NCBI GenBank assembly: GCA_963765675.1
Contig: CAVXXK010000001.1
Span: 160,001-224,000, forward strand
Direction of reading: 5' to 3'
DNA length: 64,000 nt
DNA from: an uncultured delta proteobacterium
GTDB taxonomy: Bacteria > Desulfobacterota > Binatia > Binatales > Binataceae
Both the position numbers and the translations under genes were made by a program. Shown here one piece after another: positions 43,067-53,074 of this stretch (position 1 is the first letter of the stretch; every line of letters begins with the position of its first letter). The notes below the pieces were generated by a model. That model saw only the letters and a list, made by a program, of their open reading frames with translations. It had not been told where the DNA came from and searched no databases.

Positions 43067-44857
43067 TCACGCACGCGAGCCGCCCGCGGCGGCTCCACTC
43101 CACGCTTGCATATCGTATAGGTGATTGAAAAACCCGCCGCGCGCGCGCAACTCCGCAAACGTGCCCGACTCCTCGATCACGCCGTCGCGCAAAACCAGGA
43201 TCCGGTCGGCGTTCTGTATCGTCGAAAGCCGATGCGCGATCACCAGCGTGGTCCGCCCACGCATCGCTTCTTCCACCGCTGCCAGCACCAGCGCCTCGGT
43301 TTCGGTGTCGAGCGCGCTGGTCGGCTCGTCCATGATCAGAATCGGCGCGTCCTTCACGAGCGCGCGCGCAATCGTGACGCGCTGCGCTTCGCCTTCGGAC
43401 AGAGTGTGTCCGCCCGCGCCGACGTTTTCGTCAAGTCCGTTCGGCAACTTTGCGATTACCGGCTCCAGGCGCGCCATCGCGGCGGCGCGCGCGACCGCGG
43501 CCTCGGCGACCTCCGGATTTCCGAACGCGATATTGAGCTCGAGAGTTCCGCCGAGCACCAGCGGCGGCTGCATCACCATCGCGATATTCCGCCGTAGCGA
43601 CGCAAGCGTCGCCTCGCGCACGTCCACTCCGTCGATTCGAATCGCGCCGGATTGTGGGTCATAGAAGCGCGCCATCAGCGACGCCATCGTGGTCTTCCCA
43701 GCTCCGCTCGGACCGACGATCGCGATCTTCTGTCCGGGCCGCGCGCTGAAACTGATCCCAGACAGAACCGGATGCCCCGGTTCGTAGCCGAACACGACCC
43801 GGTCGAACTCGATCTCGCCGCGCACGCGGCCCAACTCCCGCGCTCCCGGCGCGTCTTTGATTTCGGGATCGATCGCCAGCAGTTCGAGGCATCGGCGCAG
43901 CCCCGCCTTCGCGCCCTCGACCTGGCCATAGGTTTGAAAAATCTGGTTGACCGGCGCGTAGAGCGACGCGAGGTAGGTCGTGAACACGATCAGGTCGCCG
44001 ATCGAGAGCCGCGCCTCCAGCACGTGGCGCGCGCCGAGATAGATCACGCACGCGGTGCCGATCGCGATCATCACGCCTACCCCGCCCGAGTAGAGCGTCT
44101 GAAAAGTGTAGAGGCGAAGATTCTCGCCCAGGCTCTCGTTGCTGGCGCCGACGAATTCGCGGTACGAGCTTTCTTCGCGCGTGAACGCCTGCACCACGTG
44201 AATCGCGGAGAGCGCACGATGCGCAACGGTGTACATCGTGCTCTCTTTCACGCGCGACGCGCTCGCGAGCCGATCGATCCGTCCGCTGATCGACGTGATC
44301 AGAACGAACAGCAGCGGCACGACCGCGAGCGCGACTATCGTCAGCGTCGCGTCGATCCTGATCATCACCGCGAACATCCCGCCGAGCAGCACGAACGACG
44401 CGAGCACCGGGAAAAACCCGTTCATCGCGATCGTCTGGACCGAGAACGTGTCGTACGTGATGCGCACCATCAGGTCGCCGATTTCGCGGCGGCGATGAAA
44501 CGCGAGCGACAGGCGCTGCAAGTGATCGAACAGGCGCCCGCGTAGATCGTTTACCATCCGCTGCCCGATCGAGATCGTCAGGTAGTTGTTGACCACGTTG
44601 ATGATTCCCAAAATCGCGTAGATCGCGACCAGCGCCGCGCATGCCGCGAGCAGCAGCTCGCCGCGCGTCATCGCGGGAATCCAGCGGTTCGCGACCGGCC
44701 CGCCGCCGAGCACGTTGTCGATAACGATCTTGAGCGGCCACGGCTTCAGCACCTCGGCCGACGACGCGAGCATCACGCCCGCCACCGCGACCAGCAGCCG
44801 CCCGAGGTACGGGCGCATCCGGCGCAGCACCTGCCCATAGAGCGCGAGCGACCCCAT
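43067..44857 (-). CDS. ABC exporter, fused permease/ATPase
   Basis: TM domain plus GPSGAGKTT, LSEGEAQR, ILIMDEPTSALD and IAHRLST. Confidence 0.92.
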   Translation of the reverse strand: MGSLALYGQVLRRMRPYLGRLLVAVAGVMLASSAEVLKPWPLKIVIDNVLGGGPVANRWIPAMTRGELLLAACAALVAIYAILGIINVVNNYLTISIGQRMVNDLRGRLFDHLQRLSLAFHRRREIGDLMVRITYDTFSVQTIAMNGFFPVLASFVLLGGMFAVMIRIDATLTIVALAVVPLLFVLITSISGRIDRLASASRVKESTMYTVAHRALSAIHVVQAFTREESSYREFVGASNESLGENLRLYTFQTLYSGGVGVMIAIGTACVIYLGARHVLEARLSIGDLIVFTTYLASLYAPVNQIFQTYGQVEGAKAGLRRCLELLAIDPEIKDAPGARELGRVRGEIEFDRVVFGYEPGHPVLSGISFSARPGQKIAIVGPSGAGKTTMASLMARFYDPQSGAIRIDGVDVREATLASLRRNIAMVMQPPLVLGGTLELNIAFGNPEVAEAAVARAAAMARLEPVIAKLPNGLDENVGAGGHTLSEGEAQRVTIARALVKDAPILIMDEPTSALDTETEALVLAAVEEAMRGRTTLVIAHRLSTIQNADRILVLRDGVIEESGTFAELRARGGFFNHLYDMQAWSGAAAGGSRA

Positions 44858-47334
44858 CAGGCGCCGTCTCCCGATCCCGACGGTTCGCCAAGTGACACGC
44901 CGAGCGCCTTCGCGGCCTCGGCGGCGGACGCGACGATCGAGGCGGCCAGGCGGCGCGCGCGCAAGAGTGCGAATCCGCCGATCGCCAGCGCCGACAGGAA
45001 CACTGCCACCAGAGATTCGTCGAGCGAGAGTCCCGCCGCCATCAGCACCACGAATACGCATCCGGCGACGACCAGCGCGCGGCGCGGGTCGGCGCGCATC
45101 CGCCACTTCAGCGCGACGCGCCCTTGCTCCCGCGTGATCGCGTTGAGCGGCGCGCGAATCATCGGCGGAACAATCGCTTCCAGATCATATGACTGAAAGC
45201 CGTCGGTCACCGCGACGGCGAACCCGCGCCGAATCAGCGCACGGCGCATCTCGATCAGCACTGCCGCCGATTCGACCGGCGGCGCCGAGTCCTCGTTTGC
45301 CGGAGCAAAACCGATAGTGCCGCTCATGCCGGGCGCTGCCAGATCGTCGTTGGCGATTTCTTCGATGCTCCATTTCACCTGCTCGCGCGCGATGCTTCTC
45401 TGGAGCGGACCGAGCAGGTTGAGCACCCACAGCCGGACGCGAGCGATCGGTCCGCGAAAGCGCGGCGGCAACGGCGCGCGTGCCGCTCCGAGTGCGGCGA
45501 CGATCATCGATATCACGATACCGGCGGCGCCCAGCACGCCGAGCGGACGGCTGAATATGCCCAAAATGATCAAAACGATCGCGACGGCGACCCACTGGAT
45601 CGACAACGCCAGATCGGCCGCCGGTTGCAAGCTGGCGTTCGGATAGACCGTCTGAAAAAGGCCGCGGCCGAACGCGCCGTAATAAACTCGCGCGCCGCCG
45701 AAGATCCCGCCGAAGCTCGCGCCGAGCCCAGACCCGCGCGCGTATATCGCGTCGCCCGCTCCCGCGCGCAATGGATAATGGCGGTAAAGCAATCCTTCGC
45801 CGCTGCCATAGCCGCGCTGCTGCGCCAGGTAGGAACTGAGCGTCGGGCGACGCTCGTGGATCACGGTCGCTCCAGGAGCCGACGCGAGAATCTCGCCGCG
45901 CTCGGCGAGCCGCCACGAGAGATCGACGTCATCACCGGCTGCCATGAAGGCCGGATCAAATCCGCCGACCGAGCGCAGCGCGGCCCGGGTAATCGCCATA
46001 TTGCAGCCGCACAATTGCGCCAGCCGATCGTCTCCGGCGCGAACCTCGCAAGGCAATCCGGGAGCGGCGGCCATCGCGGCTGCCTTCGTCTTCTTAAGCG
46101 CGGGCGCGAGGTTCGGACCGCCCGCCGCCGCGGCGCCCCGACGCGTGATGCACTCAACAAGATGATATAGCCAGTCGCGATCGGCGCGAGCGTCGGCGTC
46201 GAGGAACGCGACAATCTCGCCGGTAGCTGCGTCGATTCCAGCATTGCGCGCGCCGCCGAGCCCGCGATGGTCCACGCGTACGACGCGCGCGCCGCCCTGC
46301 TCGGCGATCTGAGCGGTCACGTCGGTCGAGCCGTCATCGACGACGATCGTTTCATAGTCGGGATAGTTCTGGACGCGCAGCGACGCGAGGCAATCGCCAA
46401 GCGTCCCGGCGGCGTTGTATGCCGCCACCACAACCGAAACGCGTGGGGTCGCTGCCAGCGCCGGCGGGAGATCGCTCTTGAAAACTTGGCCGAGCGCCGC
46501 GAACGCCTGCTTGGGCGTGCGCTCGCGCGTGACCAGTCCGAACGCCCAGTTGGTAATTTCCGCTCCTCCGGTGTGCCATTCGTCGGTGAATGCGAAGACG
46601 ATAAAGCCCGACAGTCCGAGCTCGAACGCAGCGCGCGCCTGCCATGACAGGATCTCGGCCTGATGCGCTTCGCCCTCGCGGATCGTATCCATCCCGGTTT
46701 CGCTCAGGATGAGCGGCCGGTCGCCGGTACTCGATAGCAAGTGAGTCAGGTAGCGGCGATAGTCAGTTTCTTTATGTAAATATACATTGAACGAAACTAT
46801 ATCCAGAAAACTCAGATCGAGGTATTCCGCCGACGGATAATTCGAGTAGGTAAAGAGACCCTCGGGGTCGCTCTGCTTGCCGATATCATAAAGCTCCGCG
46901 AGGAAGCGGCTGACCGCGGCCGGCCCGTGCCATCGCACGATATCCGAGCGCACCTCGTTGCCCAGGCTGTAGGCCGCGATCGTGTCGCCGTGTTTGCGCA
47001 TCGCCAGCACGCCCTTGCGAATCGTCTCGCGGATTTCGCGCATCATCTGGGGCGAGTCGAGAAACGCCATGTGGAACGGCCACGGAATCCCGACCATCAG
47101 GCGCAGCTCCGCGCGCGCCGCCTCTTCGATCATCCATTCGGGCGGCGGCACGTAGCAGCGCAGGAGATTCGCGCCGAGCTCGCGCATCAGCGCGAAATCC
47201 GCGCGCACGCGATCCGGCTCCGGATAGCGCTCGCCGCTTAAGTTGGGCGCGAACGGACCGTAGGAGACTCCGCGCGCGAAAAATTTGCGCTCGCCGTCGA
47301 ACAGATATTTCCCGCGCCCTGTCAGCCGAGCCAT
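44857..47334 (-). CDS. GH-A clan TIM-barrel plus GT2 glycosyltransferase fusion with C-terminal TM helices
   Basis: GVSYGPF, LGNEV and LSETG (GH); VVVAAYN, VVDDGSTD, FLDADA, GDDVD and QQRGYG (GT2). Confidence 0.85.
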   Translation of the reverse strand: MARLTGRGKYLFDGERKFFARGVSYGPFAPNLSGERYPEPDRVRADFALMRELGANLLRCYVPPPEWMIEEAARAELRLMVGIPWPFHMAFLDSPQMMREIRETIRKGVLAMRKHGDTIAAYSLGNEVRSDIVRWHGPAAVSRFLAELYDIGKQSDPEGLFTYSNYPSAEYLDLSFLDIVSFNVYLHKETDYRRYLTHLLSSTGDRPLILSETGMDTIREGEAHQAEILSWQARAAFELGLSGFIVFAFTDEWHTGGAEITNWAFGLVTRERTPKQAFAALGQVFKSDLPPALAATPRVSVVVAAYNAAGTLGDCLASLRVQNYPDYETIVVDDGSTDVTAQIAEQGGARVVRVDHRGLGGARNAGIDAATGEIVAFLDADARADRDWLYHLVECITRRGAAAAGGPNLAPALKKTKAAAMAAAPGLPCEVRAGDDRLAQLCGCNMAITRAALRSVGGFDPAFMAAGDDVDLSWRLAERGEILASAPGATVIHERRPTLSSYLAQQRGYGSGEGLLYRHYPLRAGAGDAIYARGSGLGASFGGIFGGARVYYGAFGRGLFQTVYPNASLQPAADLALSIQWVAVAIVLIILGIFSRPLGVLGAAGIVISMIVAALGAARAPLPPRFRGPIARVRLWVLNLLGPLQRSIAREQVKWSIEEIANDDLAAPGMSGTIGFAPANEDSAPPVESAAVLIEMRRALIRRGFAVAVTDGFQSYDLEAIVPPMIRAPLNAITREQGRVALKWRMRADPRRALVVAGCVFVVLMAAGLSLDESLVAVFLSALAIGGFALLRARRLAASIVASAAEAAKALGVSLGEPSGSGDGA

Positions 47335-47495
47335 GACCGATGAGCTAATCGCAATCGTCGATCTCGCGCAACGCGGCGCCTGGCGCGGGCATGCCGTCAC
47401 GCGAGTAGCGAAAAATCCTGCTTGACTGAACGCCAGCCGCGCCGCGACAATCTTCGCGTGTACCGAAAATCCCGCGTCCGCCGAGCCTTCCTCGC

Positions 47496-48794
47496 GTGAG
47501 CGCCGAGCGCTGGTTCGAGATTGCCGCCGCGCAGGTGCAGGCGCGCGCGGAACGGCACGCATATGCTCTGCGCGCGTGGCGACTGGTCAACGCGGCGGTC
47601 GAGAATTTTCTCGGCAACAACGATCTGCTGCGCGCCGCCGCGCTGACCTACACGGTCGCGCTGTCAATTGTCCCGATCCTCGCGCTGGGATTTTCCGCGC
47701 TCAAGGGCTTGGGCGCCGCGGACCAGATGCGTCCGCTGATCGACAAATATCTTGCGCTCGGCTCCAGCGGCACCGGCCAGCAGTTGATGAGCTATGTGCA
47801 AAACGTCAACGCCGCGGCGCTGGGCACCGCCGGCGCCGCGTTCCTGATCGTAACCGTCATCTCGACGCTCAGCACTATCGAGCAGGCCTTCAATGAGATC
47901 TTCCGGGTCGCGAAGAGCCGCAGCTACCTGCGCAAGTTCTCAGACTATCTGAGCGTGCTGTTCACCGTGCCGCTGATGATCGCGGCCGCCCTGGCCGTGA
48001 CTGCGGTGGTGTCGGTGCGCGTGTCGGCGCTGCCGATACTCACTACCCTCGCTCCATATTTTTTCGTCTGGGGCGCGTTCTTTTTTCTGTACACGTTCTT
48101 TCCGTACACCCGAGTCAAACTTGGTCCGGCGCTTCTCGGATCGCTCGTCGCCGCGATCCTGTTCCAGTTTGCGCAATGGGGTTATGTCCGGTTCCAGGTC
48201 GGCGCCGCAAACTACAAGGCGATCTACGGCGCGCTCGCGACCGTGCCAATCTTCCTGGTGTGGACCTATTTGGCGTGGGCGATAATTCTGTTCGGCGCGG
48301 AAGTCACCGCCGCGGTGCAACGCGGCGCCGACTTCTCTCCGATGAATCCTGAGTCGCTCGATTTTCCATGTGCCGCCGTGCTGTACACGCTCGTGCGCCT
48401 GGCCGATCAGCAGTCCAGCGACCAACCTCCGCTGCAATTCCAGGATCTGGCGATTCCTTTGGGACTCGCGCCTGCGACTCTGGAGCCTGTCGTCGAGGGG
48501 CTCAAGTCCGGCGGCTTCGTGGTCGAAGTGCCTTCCTCGAAAGGCTCGAAAGCGGGCGCGGAGCTGCACCTGGTGCGCGCGCCCGAATCGATCAAACTCG
48601 CTGACGCGCTCGCATCGGCGACTCTCGCCGACAACTCGAACATCGCCGACGCGCGCGTCGCCGCCGTGATGCAGCGGCTCGCGAGCGCGCAGCGGCAGGT
48701 CCTCGAGACCATGACGCTTGCCGATCTGATGCGTCCGCCGGCATCCCCGGACGCCGCGCCGGCGCCGGCGTCGATCGAACTGCAGCGCCAGTAG
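47496..48794 (+). CDS. YihY/BrkB family membrane protein with C-terminal wHTH
   Basis: AAALTYTVALSIVP, IEQAFNEIF and IYGALATVPIFLVW.YL.W.IILFGAE. Confidence 0.88.
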   Translation: MSAERWFEIAAAQVQARAERHAYALRAWRLVNAAVENFLGNNDLLRAAALTYTVALSIVPILALGFSALKGLGAADQMRPLIDKYLALGSSGTGQQLMSYVQNVNAAALGTAGAAFLIVTVISTLSTIEQAFNEIFRVAKSRSYLRKFSDYLSVLFTVPLMIAAALAVTAVVSVRVSALPILTTLAPYFFVWGAFFFLYTFFPYTRVKLGPALLGSLVAAILFQFAQWGYVRFQVGAANYKAIYGALATVPIFLVWTYLAWAIILFGAEVTAAVQRGADFSPMNPESLDFPCAAVLYTLVRLADQQSSDQPPLQFQDLAIPLGLAPATLEPVVEGLKSGGFVVEVPSSKGSKAGAELHLVRAPESIKLADALASATLADNSNIADARVAAVMQRLASAQRQVLETMTLADLMRPPASPDAAPAPASIELQRQ

Positions 48795-48848
48795 CGCGCG
48801 CCGGCGCGTTTTCAAGTTTCCGCCTGCTCGAATATGATCGCTCGCGAT

Positions 48849-49709
48849 ATGAATATCGCCGAGCCGCGCGACGGCTTCATCAACTTGAACGGCGTCCGAC
48901 ACCACTATCTGGACTGGGGCGGCGACGGAAATCCAATCGTAATTCTTCACGCGACCGGCTTCTTCGGCCGCTTGTATCGTCCGATCGCCGAAGCTCTGCG
49001 CGCGATCGGGCATCCGTACACGCTCGATCAGCGCGGCCACGGCGACAGCGACGCGGCTCCGAACGTCAGCGATCACGACTGGACGCACACGATGAATGAT
49101 CTCGGAGCATTCATCACCGCGATGGGCTGGAAAGCGATCCGCGCGTTCGGCCATTCCTCGGGCGCTACCGCGATCGGCTCGCTCGCGTGCGAGCGGCCCG
49201 GGCTCGTCGCGCGCGCGGTCCTGGCCGAGCCGGTCGTGTTCGAGTCGCCGACCGCGCCGGAACTCGGATGGCGCAATCCATTCCTGGAGAGGACGCTCAA
49301 ACGCCGCCGCGTGTTCGACAGCGTCGATGCGATGTACGCGAACTTCGAGCACAAGCCGCCCTACGACACCTGGCGCCGTGATGTGCTGCGCGACTACTGC
49401 GAGTTCGGCACTCGGGTTGGGAAGGATGGAAAGCGCGAGCTAAAATGCGCGCCGGAAATCGAAGCGCAGATCTATAGCTCCTCGCGCGACTTCGACGGAC
49501 TCGGACGGATTTTGCGCGCCGACATTCCCATGCTGATCCTGTTCGGCGAGCGCATCGGCGACTCGCTGGGGCTTCCTCTGGCGGAAAAGATCGCGGCCAA
49601 TCTCAAGCAGGGCCGCGTCGTGAAGATTCCCGACGCCGGCCATCTCCTGCCGATGGAAAAGCCGGACCTCGTCGCCCGGATAGCGGTGGACTTCCTGTCG
49701 GAAAAGTAG
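48849..49709 (+). CDS. Alpha/beta hydrolase
   Basis: LHATGF, DQRGHGDS, GHSSG nucleophile elbow and AGHLLPME. Confidence 0.9.
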   Translation: MNIAEPRDGFINLNGVRHHYLDWGGDGNPIVILHATGFFGRLYRPIAEALRAIGHPYTLDQRGHGDSDAAPNVSDHDWTHTMNDLGAFITAMGWKAIRAFGHSSGATAIGSLACERPGLVARAVLAEPVVFESPTAPELGWRNPFLERTLKRRRVFDSVDAMYANFEHKPPYDTWRRDVLRDYCEFGTRVGKDGKRELKCAPEIEAQIYSSSRDFDGLGRILRADIPMLILFGERIGDSLGLPLAEKIAANLKQGRVVKIPDAGHLLPMEKPDLVARIAVDFLSEK

Positions 49710-49735
49710 CCCGGCTCATGCAGCGGCTTGTGGCC

Positions 49736-49941
49736 GTCATTTCGAGCGCTGCGCGAGAAATCCCGAGGCGTCCATGCTCAACGCCAACACCACATCCGGC
49801 GGCCCCTCGCCCGGGATTCCTCGCGCGGCAGCCACGCGCGGGAATGACACCCGCACCTGTCTTGGTAGGGGGCCGGCTCGCGAGCCGCCCGTCTTTCGCT
49901 AATCGCTTCGCGGAGATCCTTCGCCTGCGGCTCAGGATGAC
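49736..49941. repeat. Cluster of REP-like elements (110-bp GTCA doublet, GTAG unit, GTCA half unit)
   Basis: 49736-49848 matches 33502-33612 inverted; GTAG unit at 49865-49893; GAGATCCTTCGCCTGCGGCTCAGGATGAC at 49913-49941. Confidence 0.78.
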
Positions 49942-50227
49942 TCCATCCATGTTTTTGTAGGAAAATCGACGCGTCCTTTTGGGAACGGGTCACCGCCCAG
50001 GTCGATCTTCAGAAGTCACAAAACCCTTGGGACACAGGCATTTCGAGCGATTTGCCCGCTCCGCCGCTTCCCTAACGATCGTTCGGGTTTTTGCCAGATT
50101 TGTTCATGGCTGAACTGTTCAGCCTTATGCCCGATTCCTCTTCGTGCAACGATGGTTCCGTGGAAGCAACCCGCACACGACCGCGATTCACTTTGCCTGC
50201 TTCAGGCCGCCGCAATGCTCCCGCGAC

Positions 50228-50407
50228 GGGCGAGATTTCTCGCGATCCGCGCCGCGCCAGGCCCTGCGCATGCCACCCAACCGGCAGCAAGTACGCGCTC
50301 GAAATGACACCCAGTCACCGCTTCGTGTCATTCCGAGCGCATGCAGGCGCAGCGTATCGCGTCGTGCGTGCCACCTCGGGCAGCGCGGCTCGCGAGGAAT
50401 CTCGCCC
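50228..50407. repeat. Long imperfect inverted repeat made of two expanded-loop GTCA units
   Basis: GCGCTCGAAATGACAC/GTGTCATTCCGAGCGC (15 of 16 match) and GGGCGAGATTTCTCGCGA/TCGCGAGGAATCTCGCCC. Confidence 0.65.
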
Positions 50408-50694
50408 TCGGCACTCGCACGCTCTCTCGATTGAGCGCGCAAACCTCTCTTCGACAGTGGCGGCGGACGGCTCGTCCGCCATCGGCGGAAGCCGACTTTG
50501 GCCGCGCCGGAAGCGCCCAAAATTCGATGACCAAAAAAGCTGCTATAACGAACCCATCGACTCGAATTCAGCAGCATCTACAAGGAGTTTATTTTTTGAG
50601 CCACTAAAAAAGATACCAAACGAACCCACCGAATTTGCCCGAGATCAAAAAATCCAAGGCACCACCTTGCCCAAAATCTGTCAGTCCGAGCGCG

Positions 50695-51319
50695 TCACAC
50701 CAGACCGTGAATCTTCGCGAACGGATCCCATCCGGCGTCCCGATGCCATTCGTATTCCATCCGCGTCGCGATTCGCTCCGCCGTAGCGAGGTCCCATCGC
50801 TTTGCGATAATCGCGAGCGCCATGTCGATACCCGCCGACACGCCCGACGAGGTCAGGAATTTTCCGTCCTCGACCCATCGCGCTTCCTTCACCCACTCGA
50901 CCCGCGGCCCCTGCTGGGCGACCCACTTGAACGCGAACTTGTTGGTCGTCGCGCGACGCCCGTCGAGCAGTCCCGCGCGCGCCAGCAGCGCCGCTCCGGT
51001 GCATACCGAGGTCACGAGCGCCGTGGACGCCGCGCGCTCGCGCAGCCATCCGAGCATCCGCTCGTTGGTGATTTCCTTGCGCGTGCCCATCCCGCCTGGA
51101 ACCAGAAACAAGTCGAGCGCGAGGACAATCGTCGAAGCTGAAATCCACGAGCGTCTTCGGACCCTGCCGGCTCGCGACCGCTCCCGCGCTTTCGGCCACC
51201 GTCAGGACTTTGCATTGCCCCTCTTCCGCGAGCATGCCGAATGCTTCGAGCGGACCGAACACGTCGAGCAATTCAAAACCGGGAAACAGGATTGCGGCGA
51301 TCGTCTGCTGCGTCGGCAT
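50695..51319 (-). CDS. DJ-1/PfpI family protein; frameshifted near 51121
   Basis: LFPGFELLDVFGPLEAF, then in the next frame LVPGGMGTR, SVCTGA and TSSGVSAGIDM. Confidence 0.87.
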
Positions 51320-51358
51320 CGTGAAAGACTCCTTGAGGTTGATACCCGCGCGCGGCGT

Positions 51359-52109
51359 TCAGGGCGCTTCGAGTATCGCGCGAGCCTCGTCAGTATAGCG
51401 ACCCGCGCGATCGTGAAGCACGAGCGGCGACTCGACGATCACCTCGGCGCCTCCGCCCGCGCGCGCCTCGACCAGCACCGCCGACGCCGCGAGCTCGAGG
51501 CGCGGATGCACGAAGCGGATGCGCTTGGGCTCGAGATGATTCGAGCGCATCGTCGCGATAAGTTCCGCCGAGCGCGAGGCCGCGAACACGATCGCGACGC
51601 GGCCGCCGTTGCGCACGTAGCGCCGCGCCGCTTTGGCAAAATCCGCGATCGATGCGGCACCCTCTCCGCGCGCGATGCGGCGCGAGGCGTCGGGACTGTC
51701 GCGTCCGGTGCGGATCGCATGAAAGGGAGGATTGGCGACGACCAGGTCGAAGCTCGCGGGCGCGAGGCCGCGTGATTCGAGGACTGCGCAGGTCTGCGCA
51801 AATCACGCGCAGGTTCGAGAGACTGTTCAGCGCTGCGTTGCGCTCCGCGAGCGCCGCCATCGCGGGCTGAATTTCGAGCGCGGCGACCTGCTTGATGCCA
51901 GCAAGCTTCGCGAGCGTGATCGCAACGACGCCGCATCCCGCGCCGAGGTCGAGCACGCGGTCGCGCGGCTTCGCGGTTGCGAAGCGCGCAAGCAGAATCG
52001 ACTCGACGGAAAATCGGTAGCCACGCCGCGGTTGCGCCAGGCGAATTGCGCCGCCCAGGATTGCGTCCGTGGTTTCGCCGTCTGATACTTTCGCCGATAC
52101 TCTTGCCAT
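51359..52109 (-). CDS. tRNA1(Val) m6A37 methyltransferase-like (YfiC/TrmN6); frameshifted near 51772
   Basis: QPRRGYRFSVESILL and LDLGAGCG; the shifted frame gives FDLVVANPPF and EPKRIRFVH. Confidence 0.82.
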
Positions 52110-52311
52110 GACTGCCGCCGAAAAGGGTCAGCGCTACGCCCGCGCGTTTCGAAAAGCCGGAACCTTTCTCGGCAAGGGCAACATAGCGCGCGCCGTCGAG
52201 GCACTGAAGGAAGGCCGCGCGCTGGCCGAGAAGCTGGGCGACCCTCAGATGGCGCGGCGTTTCGCGGCCGAAATCGAGTCCGCCCGTTCGGGCGGTTCAT
52301 CCGCCAAATAG
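52108..52311 (+). CDS. Small helical hypothetical protein (TPR-like)
   Basis: 67-aa amphipathic ORF with coding-like codon use. Confidence 0.5.
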   Translation: MTAAEKGQRYARAFRKAGTFLGKGNIARAVEALKEGRALAEKLGDPQMARRFAAEIESARSGGSSAK

Positions 52312-52494
52312 GCGGATTTTCCGCGCAGCACCGGCACTGCATCTTGACGAACGCGACTTCGTACTTACCTTTCTGATCGTGAGAGGCGCGGTAAGCGGCA
52401 ACGTGAGTTCGGTCGGCTTGGAGTAACTTTCCCGCAGAGCCTCGCGCCCGAAAAATACATATTCCCGGCATCGATTGCCGGCAGGAGGTTTCGC

Positions 52495-52923
52495 ATGGAA
52501 GTCAGGATGACTAACGGATTTGCTCCCAATGGATTGCTGTTCGGCGGATGGAATCATCTGTTGAACGAGCTCGACCGCGGCGCCGAGCGTGGACTCTCGC
52601 CCCGCGCTGACGTGGTCGAAGACGCCGACGGCTATCATTTCCACTTCGAGATGCCCGGTCTCAAGGCTGATTCCGCCGATGTCAGGATCGAGGACGACAC
52701 GCTTATCGTCGAAGCGGAGCGCAAGAGCCCCGAGTGGTCCAAAGAGGCGACGGTTCGCGTCTCGGAGCGCGCATACGGTAAACTGCATCGTGCATTCGAG
52801 CTGCCCGACGACGCGGCGCACGAAGGAATCCGCGCCGCGTACAAGGACGGGGTCCTTTCGGTGACCGTTCCTAAACGTCCGGAGAGCAAACCGGTCAAGG
52901 TGAAAATCGAGTTCGAGAACTAA
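52495..52923 (+). CDS. Hsp20/alpha-crystallin small heat shock protein
   Basis: AGGAGG RBS; PRADVVE, EMPGL, ERAYG..RAFELP and AAYKDGVLSVTVPK. Confidence 0.92.
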   Translation: MEVRMTNGFAPNGLLFGGWNHLLNELDRGAERGLSPRADVVEDADGYHFHFEMPGLKADSADVRIEDDTLIVEAERKSPEWSKEATVRVSERAYGKLHRAFELPDDAAHEGIRAAYKDGVLSVTVPKRPESKPVKVKIEFEN

Positions 52924-53074
52924 TCACTCACGGCGGCGCGATGTCCGCGCCGCCGCGTACCGCGTCACTACATCGGCCGGCGCAGGCTGACTTAGCTTGC
53001 GCCGGCTGAGATCGACGCGCGAGCCGGCGAAGCCAGCACCACCGGGGCTGTCGCCCTCAAGGGAGCAGACGGGA

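Noticed and set aside
49710-50690. Possible CRISPR array or protein-coding ORF 50091..50786
   Set aside because: No regularly spaced direct repeats and no cas genes; the ORF translates repeat DNA and overlaps the DJ-1 gene.
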